Assembly (NCBI GenBank): GCA_963662665.2
Contig: CAXXJS010000053.1
Location: 1 to 64,000 of the forward strand
DNA from: Candidatus Latescibacterota bacterium
GTDB lineage: Bacteria > Latescibacterota > UBA2968 > GCA-2709665
Length of the DNA stretch: 64,000 bases
Direction: 5' to 3'
The translations under genes and the position numbers were made by a program. Shown here in pieces: positions 28,880 to 38,435 of this stretch. How positions within the stretch are numbered: position 1 is the stretch's first letter; every line of letters begins with the position of its first letter. The notes beneath the pieces are model-generated. The model did not search any database. It had not been told where the DNA came from and worked only from the letters and a program-made list of their open reading frames with translations.

Positions 28880-31129
28880 TTAGAATCCGAAACCGATTGA
28901 GGCGTCAATCTTGATATCCTTCTTCTGGGTGCTCACAATATTAACGCGAATGGGTCCCAATAGCGTCGTGTTGATATAGCCTCCAACTCCGAAGCCGTGG
29001 ATAGGGGTATAATCCTTCTCCGGATTTGAACTCATATCATATAGTCCGCCCTGATAGAAAATTCCAATACCACTGCGCGGCACCGACTCCCAGAATTTAA
29101 CCTGTCTCCATACGGATATGCCGACCGATGCGAACCTGGCAACCCTCAGTTCATCCCGCTTGAGACCGACGACCGGCAATGCCGCGCTGCTGAAATGCCC
29201 CGCGCCACCTAATGGGAAGAATTCGAATACGGGAGCCGGCTCTGTCACGTAGCCTCCGATGGACGAGAAGCCCACACTCCATTGAGAGCGGGGACTGGCG
29301 AAGAACGCGAGTCGGGTTTGAATCTGCCTATGTGAAAACGTCCGGTGAATCCATTTTGCATGCGTCTGAAAATAGACGCCCTGCGTTGGCACCATCGAGT
29401 CATCACGGGTGTCGATCCCTGCAGATAGCCAGAAGCCGGGCAGAAATTCGGACGCATCGCCTATTGAACGGGCCGCATAGCGGATGCGGGCGTGCTCCAG
29501 CTGGTAACCCGCCTGAAAACCACCCCAGCTGTGAAACAATGCCTGCAATCCAAGTCGTGAGCGAAAACGTCTTTCCTCGTACCCGCCGTCACGCTGCCGA
29601 TTTCGAAAATACAAACGTTCCTGGTCCCAGGTCTGGACCTCCCCCAGCAGACCCAGACGCCCGGAGGTCCGGAAAATCATGACCAGTTCAGCAAAATTCA
29701 AATTGCCCAGCAGGCCGCGAAGATGGAGTTCCGATATGCGGCCAAGTGTACTTTGGTGCGCGATTTCGCCCAGCACCGAAACCCGGTAATCGTTGTTGTA
29801 ATGAATGCCCACTTTCAACTCGCTGGGGGGGTTTTCGAGCACGTGAAAGACCAATTCGGTCTGGCCTTCATGGTAGTAAACGTGGAAATCAACCGTCTGA
29901 AACAATCCGGTGGCGTGCAACCGGCTGCACTCGTGTTCCAGTTCCTGAAACGATATCGGTTTATTGACAAACTTCTCCAGCCGTACCTTGAACAGGTCCA
30001 TGGAATAACGCTGTACGCCCTCGATCCGAACCCGGTCGATTACCACGTCCGGTGGTATGTCCGCCCACGTATTGATATCGAACGCTTCCGGCAATCTGGA
30101 CGTTCTTGATTTTCCGACGCTTCTTGGTACTCCAATCGTCTGCAATGCCGTCCAGATCGTGTCCAATTCCTTTTCAGTTGCCTGTTCACCAATCGGAATC
30201 AGGGTATACGACCGATTGAAATCGCTTCCATCGAAGTTGTGCAGTTCGGGCAATATCAACACATGGGAGCGCTTTCGGTTTTCGATTTTTCTTTCTTCTA
30301 TTCGAAAACTGACGGCCTGATCGATGACGTCGATAATATCCTGAATTTCTTCTTTTAAAGTACGCAGGGGCGTGGCGCAGTCCACGGCAATGACAAAATC
30401 GGCGCCAGCGTCCAATGCAACGTCCACCGGCAGATTATTGACGATGCCGCCATCCACGAGGTGGGTATGTTCCGTACTGAGCGGCGCAAATACCCCGGGA
30501 ACGGAAATACTGGCCCTGATCGCAGAGCCGAGAGAGCCGTTATCGATCACGACCTGTTCTCCGGAAAGAATATCGGTCGCAATTGCCCGAAAGGGCGTTG
30601 GAAGTTGATCGAAGTCGTTGCGCGCCCTGTAGGTTGCGCCAATGGTCAGTTGATTGAGGAATTGATGGATCTTTTGTCCGGCAAAGATCCCGTAAGGCAG
30701 TTTCAGTTTCAGTTCCTCAAGATGCAACGCGAACATCTGACGGTCGGCCATCGGTTTGCGGTTCATGTTCGACATACGGCGGTCCGGGCTGTTGCTGGTA
30801 ATCTCCCACCAGTCGGTTTCCAGGATCACCCGCTGGAGATCGTCTACTGAATATCCCGCGGCGTACAGGCCTCCGACCAGAGCGCCGTAACTAACCCCCA
30901 CAATCATATCTATAGGTACGCCTTCGCGCTCCAATACGCGCAACACGCCGATGTGGGCGCCGCCGCGCGCGCCGCCGCCGCTCAGTACAAGCGCGACCTT
31001 TGGCCGCTGTTCAGCAAACGATGGAAGCGCGCTGAATAGGGTGAAAAAGAAACACAGAAACGACATGCTCCGGACAAATGGACGCTGAACGATTCCCCAC
31101 TTTTTCGCCTGTGTTCTCTTGCCCGTCAT
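28880..31129 (-). CDS. Patatin-like phospholipase with POTRA and Omp85 barrel (PlpD / type Vd-like)
   Basis: Signal peptide, LSGGGARG, GVSYG (GxSxG), DGG, C-terminal GPIRV...IGFGF. Confidence 0.88.
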   Translation of the reverse strand: MTGKRTQAKKWGIVQRPFVRSMSFLCFFFTLFSALPSFAEQRPKVALVLSGGGARGGAHIGVLRVLEREGVPIDMIVGVSYGALVGGLYAAGYSVDDLQRVILETDWWEITSNSPDRRMSNMNRKPMADRQMFALHLEELKLKLPYGIFAGQKIHQFLNQLTIGATYRARNDFDQLPTPFRAIATDILSGEQVVIDNGSLGSAIRASISVPGVFAPLSTEHTHLVDGGIVNNLPVDVALDAGADFVIAVDCATPLRTLKEEIQDIIDVIDQAVSFRIEERKIENRKRSHVLILPELHNFDGSDFNRSYTLIPIGEQATEKELDTIWTALQTIGVPRSVGKSRTSRLPEAFDINTWADIPPDVVIDRVRIEGVQRYSMDLFKVRLEKFVNKPISFQELEHECSRLHATGLFQTVDFHVYYHEGQTELVFHVLENPPSELKVGIHYNNDYRVSVLGEIAHQSTLGRISELHLRGLLGNLNFAELVMIFRTSGRLGLLGEVQTWDQERLYFRNRQRDGGYEERRFRSRLGLQALFHSWGGFQAGYQLEHARIRYAARSIGDASEFLPGFWLSAGIDTRDDSMVPTQGVYFQTHAKWIHRTFSHRQIQTRLAFFASPRSQWSVGFSSIGGYVTEPAPVFEFFPLGGAGHFSSAALPVVGLKRDELRVARFASVGISVWRQVKFWESVPRSGIGIFYQGGLYDMSSNPEKDYTPIHGFGVGGYINTTLLGPIRVNIVSTQKKDIKIDASIGFGF

Positions 31130-31688
31130 CTGGTTCCCTGATTAAGAGGGGTTTTGCCGATTCTTGAGTCACCCATTGCAATAACAATACGGGTTTTTCA
31201 GCGTGCCGTGGTAAGACGTGCATCGTATGGGGTTAGACGGTCATGCGGTCAATGCCGCTCCGGCACGCCCGACATTGGACGCGGGCAGGACGGAAGCGAC
31301 CGGATCGTGGACACAGACAGCGAGACCTTCAATGGATTCGATAGAGCGCATTGTAGCGCCTGCGTGGCGAGCTTGAAGGACGATACGTGAATGGGCGATG
31401 AGCAGGCCAAAAGATAAAATCCCTTGCATTTGGGAGAAACGAAGCCCGATATATTCATCAGGGATAGAATCACGTTAAAATACCTGTAATGTCAAGTCTG
31501 AAGGCTTGTCCTCTTGTGCAAGACTTGCCCTGGATTCCACTTTCTTGTGATTATTGGCCTGATGGTATCGATATCATGTCTTTTTTATGGGAAACTCGAC
31601 AGGATCGAAGGGCTGGAATTACGTCCCGGGTTTACCGCCAGCGGAGTCCGGGCGGCTGATTCATCCCGCCTCGCAACGTTTGATGCAC

Positions 31689-31925
31689 TTAGCCTGTCGA
31701 AGTGCCTTTACTGACTGTCGTGATGCTGTGGAAACGGCTTCTTGAAACGTGGTCATTGAGCTTGTCGAAATGCCCGCGTTTCGTACTGTTGGGTGTTCTT
31801 CAACGCCCATCGCCGACCCTTCGACAAGCTCAGGGAGCGGCTTAGGGCTCAGGCGCCGGTTCTTGAGCCTGCCGAAGGCGTCGCCCTGAGCCTGTCGAAA
31901 GGATGCCAACCTGTCGACTCGACGG
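31689..31925. repeat. Cluster of CCCTGAGCYTGTCGAAGG-type REP-like repeats
   Basis: Several direct and inverted units (tgagcttgtcgaa, ccttcgacaagctcaggg, ccctgagcctgtcgaa); degenerate relatives at 61373-61436. Confidence 0.65.
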
Positions 31926-32021
31926 CCTAATTGAGACTATCCATTTCGGGGACAAAACACTGGTTCAAGGAGTCAGACCGGCCATTCGACGAACCCGATG
32001 ATTTTCGTAAGGAGGTATGAC

Positions 32022-35000
32022 ATGGCAAACCTGGCGTTGTACAGTAGTGGCAGCAGGCCGTACGTGAGTAGCATCGCATACAATCACCATGCGTCCAGGA
32101 TCAACGATGGAATCACGCCCGGGGAAGAAGCCTCCACGAGCGACACGGCCTGGGCCTCGGCATCGGAACGATTGCCGCAGTGGGCGGCGGTCGTGTTCCC
32201 AACGTCCGCCCGCGTTGACCGGGTGGTGATTTACTGGGGGAAGGGACGATTGCCCGAGTCCTCCCGCAACGTCGAAGTTCAGGGCTGGGTCGACGGTGTG
32301 TGGGTCGCCGTCGCGACTGCGAATATCCCGGAGCCCGAGCAAGAAACGGAATTGGTTTTCGATCCCGTGCAGGTCGAGGCGGTACGAATATGGCAGAACG
32401 CGCACGGAGGCCCGGAATCAACGCCGGGCCGGATGCATGTCGCGCAGCTTGAAGCCTACGGCGGATTCGTGGAAGGTCCCGCGGTGGATTATCTGAAAAT
32501 CAGGGATGCACTGCGGGGGGAATGGGAAGACAATTATCAAGCGGCACGGAAGGAGATCACGCTGGAGGTTTTGGATCGCGTCGATCGGTCCCCCATGGAG
32601 CGTGCGGGAGCCGGACCGCTAAGTGTGGACGAAATCGCGAGGGCAAGGAGGAACCGGGCGACAACCGCGTGGGGCAGGATTCAGGCAGAGAAAATCCTGC
32701 AGGACGCCTCCTGGTGGCTGGACAAGGACGATGAGTTCATCTACGGGATGATACCCACTCAAAATCCCCGAGCGATATCGCCCAGTTACGAACGGGGCTG
32801 TCCGATCCACGGCGGAGGCCGCAAATGCATGCGGACAAATACGTCGCTGGAGTACCGCTGGCAGTGTGTAATTGGAGGAGAGTGGTGGTACAACGGGGCC
32901 ATCGTACACAATCCGGCCACGGGAGAGCCGGTGGAGGTGCGGGACGAGGATGACGGCTGGATCGCGCCGGAGGGTTTCGCCAACCCGGGAACGATCTACC
33001 ACTTCAATTCCGCGTGGCGATACTACGTTCTCTCGAAGCTGTTCTTTCATCCCTACGAGTTGACGATCCATTCTCGAAATGCCTATACCGGCGATACGGC
33101 TGTGCTTCAACTGTCACGCGCCTTTGCAATTACGGGCGACGACCGGTACGCGCACAGAGCCGGCGTTATGCTGAACCGGCTGGCGGAGGTCTACCGATTC
33201 TACAACGGCACGGTTGACGAACAGCGTCCGCTCACGCGCGGCTATGTGGTACAGGTGAGCTGGGAAGAAATGCTGATTTATAACTGTATGGTTGCCTGCG
33301 ACATTGTGATGGACTCGATGTTGAATGACGATGCGCTTCTGACATTTTTCGGGTCAAAAGGTGAATGCGACTACAATTCCGACGGACGGGTGGATTTCGA
33401 GGATATCCGTTACAATATCCGGCACAATCTGTTCGGCTACATGTATGAGTGGCTGCACCGGGCTATGGCGATCCAGACCGGGGACTATATTATCCGGGAG
33501 GGGCTGGTGCTCTGGGCTCTTGGCGAAATGCTCGGCAATGAGGAACTGGTTGACGAGGCCGTCGAAGGGCGGTACGGACTGGCCGTCAATCTGACCAACA
33601 ACACGTTCCGGGATGGCAAGTGGTGGTACGACGCACCCGGTTACTCGGTGAGTTCGATAACGCGAACGATTCTGGATCGGTTGTTTTCGATGAAAGCAAC
33701 GGCCAGGCAACCGGATTCCCGTCTTCGAATCCGGGAGTCCATAGAGTTCGCCCGGAACATCTACTGCGACGGCAGGATTCCCGCAATCGGGGATACGGGG
33801 GGCGGCGATTCCAGGATCAAGGTGCTGGATCCGCTCGTCAATTGCGATATTGAGGAACTGGCATATATCCATACAGGGGATGACGATTATCGGAACCGTC
33901 TGCTCGCTGTGTCCCAGGGAGACGTGGACGGGATCAGAGAGCGATACGCCGATGCCAACCTGCTGTTTCACGCGGAGCCCATTCGCGGAGCAACCGGGCC
34001 GTACGTGCCGCGCACGACGATCTTTCACGATTCGGGCATCGCGATCCTGAGAACGGGAAGCGATATCGCAACGAGGAAGCACCTCGTGATGAACTACGGG
34101 AAGGGCAGCAGCGGGCACGGACACCGGGACAAGCTGGGGATCAACATGATCGCTTTCGGGTATGATCTGGCTTGCGACCTGGGGTATCCAACCACCTTTA
34201 CCCACGATAAGGTGGACGGCTGGGAGAAGCATACCGCCAGCCACGCAACCGTCTGCATCGACGGGCAGGCTCAGGAGATCGCCACGGGCAGCCTTGGGTT
34301 CTACGGACGTACGCCCGGAATGCAGGCCGTCTGTGCATCGGGAGAACGTGCTTATCCAGGATGTGCGGAGGTCTACGAACGGACGCTTGTGATGGTGGAT
34401 GCGCCCGGCTCGGACACGTACGTCGTCGACCTGTTCCGCGTGAAAGGGGGATCCACGCGCGACTATATGTTCCGAAGTCTGAGCGGAAATGACGGTGAGA
34501 ATTTCAGGCTGGAAGTCCCGACGGGCACTGAGACGGTGCGACAGGTCCGGGGTACTGCCGCGGGAGAAGACGTCGCATTCGGGACGTCGCCGGGATTGGG
34601 ATTCATCAGGGACGTGAGCCGGACGGTGTGTGATGGAATGTGGTCGGCCGCGTGGCGGGCGGGGGACGAGGAGAATACCGGCATCCGGCTTACGATGATC
34701 GGGCAGCCCGGCAGTGAGATTGTAAGCGGCAAGGGAGAAGGATTCGGGTTTTTCGGACAGAGTCCCTGGGACGCCTGTGTGGCGGTCAGACAATCGGCTG
34801 GAGGCGGCGAGTCGATCTTCGCGGGCGTGCTGGAGCCGTTCCAGGGCGAACCCTTCGTCAGGTCGGTGGAAGCGTTGGAAGTCTCCGGGGGCATCGGCGC
34901 AAGGATCCGCCTCGACGGACGAGTTGATTACGTACTTCACCGGTTGGAGAAGGGGGCGGTCTGCACGGCGGAGATTGACGAAATACCCGTGTCTTTCGAC

Positions 35001-35663
35001 GCGGAAGTGGCGAGGATTTCCATGTATGACTCCGGCCGGCGCGGCCTGGACTTCGTACAGGGTATCCGGCTGCGATTTGGAGACGAGGTCCTCGAATGCG
35101 GGCCAATACCGGCCGGCCGGATCGAGGCGATCGATCCGGAAGACCGCTTCGTTGTTGTGGCCTTGGATTCCGGGGACGGGATCGTGGAAGGAGACGTGGT
35201 CGTCTTCAGGAATCCCGCCTATACCTGTAATTCCAGCTATGAGGTCCTCACCGCTGAAGCGATGGGCTCGAACAGGTACAGGCTGGGATTGCACATGTCC
35301 TTCAATCTGTCGGAGGGCGTCGTGCAGTCCGTGGATTCGGCGAGAGGCCTGTTCGCGACGGACACGTGTATGACCAAGCTGAGCGCGTGCCCGGGTCTGT
35401 TTGACGGAAAGGCGATCCGCTCGGGCGGAAAAGCCGTCGGGGCGATCGAGACGGCGGGTCCCGATATCCTGAAGCAGGATGAACGTCCGTTCGCGAGCGG
35501 GATGGGCGACGAGGCGTCTGCGACCGGTACGTTGAGTTATTTCCGGTTCAACGAGCCACCCCCGGATTCCGGCTTGAACGTCGGGGACCGGTTTATGGTA
35601 TGCGATTTGAATGCGGGCGATCGGTTCACGGTGATGCGATCGGCCTCCCGGACCACCGCGTGA
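32022..35663 (+). CDS. Heparinase II/III-like protein with N-terminal discoidin (F5/8 type C) domain
   Basis: INDG...TAW...VVIYW discoidin pattern; PAIGD, SGIAILR, GHGHRDKLG, DLGYP, HTASHATVCIDG; AGGAGG RBS before MANL. Confidence 0.8.
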   Translation: MANLALYSSGSRPYVSSIAYNHHASRINDGITPGEEASTSDTAWASASERLPQWAAVVFPTSARVDRVVIYWGKGRLPESSRNVEVQGWVDGVWVAVATANIPEPEQETELVFDPVQVEAVRIWQNAHGGPESTPGRMHVAQLEAYGGFVEGPAVDYLKIRDALRGEWEDNYQAARKEITLEVLDRVDRSPMERAGAGPLSVDEIARARRNRATTAWGRIQAEKILQDASWWLDKDDEFIYGMIPTQNPRAISPSYERGCPIHGGGRKCMRTNTSLEYRWQCVIGGEWWYNGAIVHNPATGEPVEVRDEDDGWIAPEGFANPGTIYHFNSAWRYYVLSKLFFHPYELTIHSRNAYTGDTAVLQLSRAFAITGDDRYAHRAGVMLNRLAEVYRFYNGTVDEQRPLTRGYVVQVSWEEMLIYNCMVACDIVMDSMLNDDALLTFFGSKGECDYNSDGRVDFEDIRYNIRHNLFGYMYEWLHRAMAIQTGDYIIREGLVLWALGEMLGNEELVDEAVEGRYGLAVNLTNNTFRDGKWWYDAPGYSVSSITRTILDRLFSMKATARQPDSRLRIRESIEFARNIYCDGRIPAIGDTGGGDSRIKVLDPLVNCDIEELAYIHTGDDDYRNRLLAVSQGDVDGIRERYADANLLFHAEPIRGATGPYVPRTTIFHDSGIAILRTGSDIATRKHLVMNYGKGSSGHGHRDKLGINMIAFGYDLACDLGYPTTFTHDKVDGWEKHTASHATVCIDGQAQEIATGSLGFYGRTPGMQAVCASGERAYPGCAEVYERTLVMVDAPGSDTYVVDLFRVKGGSTRDYMFRSLSGNDGENFRLEVPTGTETVRQVRGTAAGEDVAFGTSPGLGFIRDVSRTVCDGMWSAAWRAGDEENTGIRLTMIGQPGSEIVSGKGEGFGFFGQSPWDACVAVRQSAGGGESIFAGVLEPFQGEPFVRSVEALEVSGGIGARIRLDGRVDYVLHRLEKGAVCTAEIDEIPVSFDAEVARISMYDSGRRGLDFVQGIRLRFGDEVLECGPIPAGRIEAIDPEDRFVVVALDSGDGIVEGDVVVFRNPAYTCNSSYEVLTAEAMGSNRYRLGLHMSFNLSEGVVQSVDSARGLFATDTCMTKLSACPGLFDGKAIRSGGKAVGAIETAGPDILKQDERPFASGMGDEASATGTLSYFRFNEPPPDSGLNVGDRFMVCDLNAGDRFTVMRSASRTTA

Positions 35664-35674
35664 ATATTCGCAAC

Positions 35675-35792
35675 AAAGAAATGGCCATTACCAGAGGCCC
35701 CGAGGTAGTGGTATTTGCGGGCTGACTATCGACTGAACGACTTTCAGGTGCCGCTAAAGGTTGGCTACCTCTGGTGCCTGGGCAATGGCTTG
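35675..35792 (-). ncRNA. Candidate small RNA (~110 nt rod-like hairpin)
   Basis: Upstream TTGACA-N17-TATCTT; arms GCCATTGCCCAGGCACCAGAGGTAG / CTACCTCGGGGCCTCTGGTAATGGC pair; U-rich tail; no ORF. Confidence 0.5.
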
Positions 35793-35798
35793 CGTGAC

Positions 35799-35827
35799 AA
35801 GATAGACCGGCTTTGGCGGGATGTCAA
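35799..35827 (-). promoter_or_regulatory. Sigma70-type promoter of the candidate sRNA
   Basis: TTGACA (35827-35822), 17 bp, TATCTT (35804-35799). Confidence 0.65.
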
Positions 35828-35863
35828 TCAGAAAGCAACGATCCATCCGATGGGCCCGTAAAA

Positions 35864-35979
35864 CCGTGAGACGTTAGACATGAGACGGTAGAAGACGTCC
35901 TTGCCCGACTGGTTCTTCCTTTGTGCCGCTGGCAGGAAATGAAACCGCACGGGCACTCGTATCATCTCCCGTTTCCCCC
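35864..35979 (-). repeat. ~130 bp dispersed repeat, copy 2
   Basis: Reverse complement gggagatgatacgagtgcccgtgcggtttcatttcctgcc...aaggaagaacca matches 40975-41070. Confidence 0.75.
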
Positions 35980-36018
35980 AGGGGTGAGGGGCTGCGCAGG
36001 GGTGTCGGCCCTATAGAC

Positions 36019-36342
36019 TTACGTCAACTTGCCATGCACCGCGATCCAGATGCAGGGCGGATCTGCGCTGGTGTATTCCACGCGGTGTTTCCTGTGGGCG
36101 GTTATCAGGAGATGGTCGCCCGCGCTCAGGCTTACGTTCGGACCGTGCTCAATGGCCAGGACGGCCTTGCCCTGCAGGAGAACGACCCATTCGTCCCGCT
36201 CCTGGTCGTACCACTCACCCGGCGGCGTGACCTGTCCGGAGGACACGATGCGTTCAATGAGCACGCCCCGGTCCGGGACAAGGCTGGCGAACAGCTCTTC
36301 ATTCCCGAGAGGGGCGGGGAGTTCGTAAATGTTGGTCGTCAT
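36019..36342 (-). CDS. Small cupin-domain protein
   Basis: IERIVSSGQVTPPGEWYDQERDEWVVLLQG...HRKHRVEYT. Confidence 0.85.
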   Translation of the reverse strand: MTTNIYELPAPLGNEELFASLVPDRGVLIERIVSSGQVTPPGEWYDQERDEWVVLLQGKAVLAIEHGPNVSLSAGDHLLITAHRKHRVEYTSADPPCIWIAVHGKLT

Positions 36343-36979
36343 CGTTCCGGGTTCGACCTTCCTGTATGAGGTTGTTAAGATTCCGGCAAGCGGCTTCAGG
36401 GTCGGCGTGGCAGCAGACGGCTGATATAACGGCGACGCCGTGGGCGCCGGACGGCACCACCGCGGCCGCGTTTCCTGCGTTGATACCGCCGATGGCAATC
36501 ACGGGCGCCCGGACGGCGCGGGCGAAATCGGCCAGCTTGTCCAGTCCCTGCGCGTTGCCGGCGTCGCTCTTCGAGCCGGTTGGAAAGACGGGCCCGAATC
36601 CCACGTAATCCGCGCCGTCCGCCATGCCCCGCCGGGCTTCATGGAGATTCCCTGCTGACAGGCCGATGATCCGATCGGCGCCCAGAAGATTCCTGGCAAG
36701 CGCAACCGGGAAATCGTCCTGGCCCAGGTGTACGCCGTCGGCATCGGCGGCGAGTGCGACGTCGACTCTGTCGTTGACAATGAGGGGGACGCCGGACCCC
36801 GCGCAGATGTCCCGTATGGCTCGAGCGGTCTCGATCATCTCGCGGGTATGCCCGTTTTTCTGGCGGTACTGCACGGCGTCCGCGCCGCCGGCGACGGCCA
36901 TTCGGGCCAGTTCGGCATGGGTGTGGCGGGACTGCAGCACGGTATCCGTGAGAACGTGGAGAGAGCCGATTCTCTTCAT
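36299..36979 (-). CDS. thiE: Thiamine-phosphate synthase
   Basis: VQYRQK, IVNDRVD, GVHLGQDD, GPVFPTGSK, IGGI. Confidence 0.93.
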   Translation of the reverse strand: MKRIGSLHVLTDTVLQSRHTHAELARMAVAGGADAVQYRQKNGHTREMIETARAIRDICAGSGVPLIVNDRVDVALAADADGVHLGQDDFPVALARNLLGADRIIGLSAGNLHEARRGMADGADYVGFGPVFPTGSKSDAGNAQGLDKLADFARAVRAPVIAIGGINAGNAAAVVPSGAHGVAVISAVCCHADPEAACRNLNNLIQEGRTRNDDDQHLRTPRPSRE

Positions 36980-37773
36980 TATTCGCGGTCGAGGAAGAAG
37001 AAGTGATGGGTGGGGCCGGGTCCGCGACCGATGGAAAGGCCGTGGCGAATGGCTTCGGTGACGTAGGATTTCGCGTTTTCAATTGCCCGTACGAGTCGCT
37101 GACCCCTAGCGAGGTTTGCCGCAATGGCGGCGGAGAGGGTACAACCCGTACCGTGCGTATTCCTGAACGGAAGTCGTTCGCCTGAAAAAACGGTTTCTTC
37201 GGATCCGTCGAAGAGCACGTCCGCAGTGGAATGCGGATCGGACAGGTGGCCGCCTTTTACGAGCACTGCCCCGGGGCCGGCATCGTAGATGATTCGCGCG
37301 GCCGCTTTCGCGTGGTCCGGGGAATCGACGGGTATTCCTGCCAAAACCTGAGCCTCGGCCAGATTGGGCGTGACAAGCGTGGCCATGGGCAGGAGGCGTC
37401 GTTTAACGTCCGCGACGGCGTCAGGTTCAAGCAGGGCGAAGCCGCTCGTGGACACCATAACCGGGTCCACCACCAGATTGGACACCTGATGTTCGGCGAG
37501 TTTATCCGCGACGGCGTTGACCGTCTGCCCCGATGAGAGCATGCCGGTCTTGACCGCAGAAACTTCGAAGTCATCGAATATCGCGTCGATCTGGGTCTCG
37601 ATAAGGTCCGCGGGCAGGTCGAACGACCTCCTGACCTCCCTCGTGTTCTGGGCGGTAATCGCGGTGACGACCGACAGGCCGTATACGCCGTTGGCGTGAA
37701 AGGATTTGAGGTCGGCCTGGAGGCCTGCGCCTCCGCCGGAATCGGACCCGGCAATGGAGAGTACCTGTTTCAT
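36979..37773 (-). CDS. thiD: Hydroxymethylpyrimidine/phosphomethylpyrimidine kinase
   Basis: SIAGSDSGGGAGLQADLK, DPVMVSTSG, THGTGCTLS. Confidence 0.96.
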   Translation of the reverse strand: MKQVLSIAGSDSGGGAGLQADLKSFHANGVYGLSVVTAITAQNTREVRRSFDLPADLIETQIDAIFDDFEVSAVKTGMLSSGQTVNAVADKLAEHQVSNLVVDPVMVSTSGFALLEPDAVADVKRRLLPMATLVTPNLAEAQVLAGIPVDSPDHAKAAARIIYDAGPGAVLVKGGHLSDPHSTADVLFDGSEETVFSGERLPFRNTHGTGCTLSAAIAANLARGQRLVRAIENAKSYVTEAIRHGLSIGRGPGPTHHFFFLDRE

Positions 37774-38435
37774 GACGGCAGAGAATGACGGGCGCAGGGT
37801 GCTGAAGCCCAGGCCTCCAGATAGGCGCTCACGGCGCACGAGATTTTTTCGGCGGCGAGGATGCCCGACATGACGGCAACGCCCGTTACGCCCTCGCGTT
37901 TGCACGCGGCGACCCGCCCCGGTGTGATGCCGCCCAGGGCATAGACGGGAAGGGATGAGAACCCGGTAGCAAGGCGAAGTGCCGTGGGACCCGCGCCGGG
38001 ACCGTATCCCGGTTTCGAGCCCGGACTGTGGATAGGGCTGAACGTGATAAAATCCGCGCCGTCGGCCCTTCGGCATTCCGTTCGGCTGTGGGTTGAACGG
38101 CCGATGAGCAGGTCGTTACCGTAATGTTGACGAATGATGGATGGGGAGGGCCCGTCTGCCGGAAGGTGCACGCCCGCCGCGCCGGTCTCGCAGGCAAGCC
38201 CTGCATGCGTATTGATGAGCAGGCGCGCGCCGTAATTCTCGACCCGGCGCTGGATACGGGCCGCCAGTTGACGCAGCGTGCGGATTTCGAGGCATTTTTC
38301 CCGCAACTGGACGAGGCGGACACCGGCGTCGAGCGCTTCCGAGAGAACGTCGTCAAGCGCACGTGGCGCGCAAGTCTCCCGGTCTGCTATCAGATAGAGC
38401 GGTGGCAACCCTGTCGCATGCGCTGTCTCATTCAT
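37770..38435 (-). CDS. ThiE paralogue, probably TenI-like thiazole tautomerase
   Basis: [29 protein letters not shown]; lacks the ND and GQDD motifs of ThiE. Confidence 0.75.
   Translation of the reverse strand: MNETAHATGLPPLYLIADRETCAPRALDDVLSEALDAGVRLVQLREKCLEIRTLRQLAARIQRRVENYGARLLINTHAGLACETGAAGVHLPADGPSPSIIRQHYGNDLLIGRSTHSRTECRRADGADFITFSPIHSPGSKPGYGPGAGPTALRLATGFSSLPVYALGGITPGRVAACKREGVTGVAVMSGILAAEKISCAVSAYLEAWASAPCARHSLPS

Noticed and set aside
31154-31714. Short ORFs upstream of the patatin gene
   Set aside because: No RBS, motifs or consistent frame; probably promoter region or eroded DNA.
31689-31925. Possible CRISPR array
   Set aside because: Units are degenerate, in both orientations and irregularly spaced; no cas genes in the window.
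33354-35294. Long antisense ORFs (also 13715-15409, 16767-18215, 57887-59458)
   Set aside because: Shadow frames opposite well-supported genes, expected at high GC; no motifs.
35730-35760. Glycine riboswitch (CTTTCAGG motif)
   Set aside because: No GGAGA or CCGAAG elements and no downstream gene on that strand.
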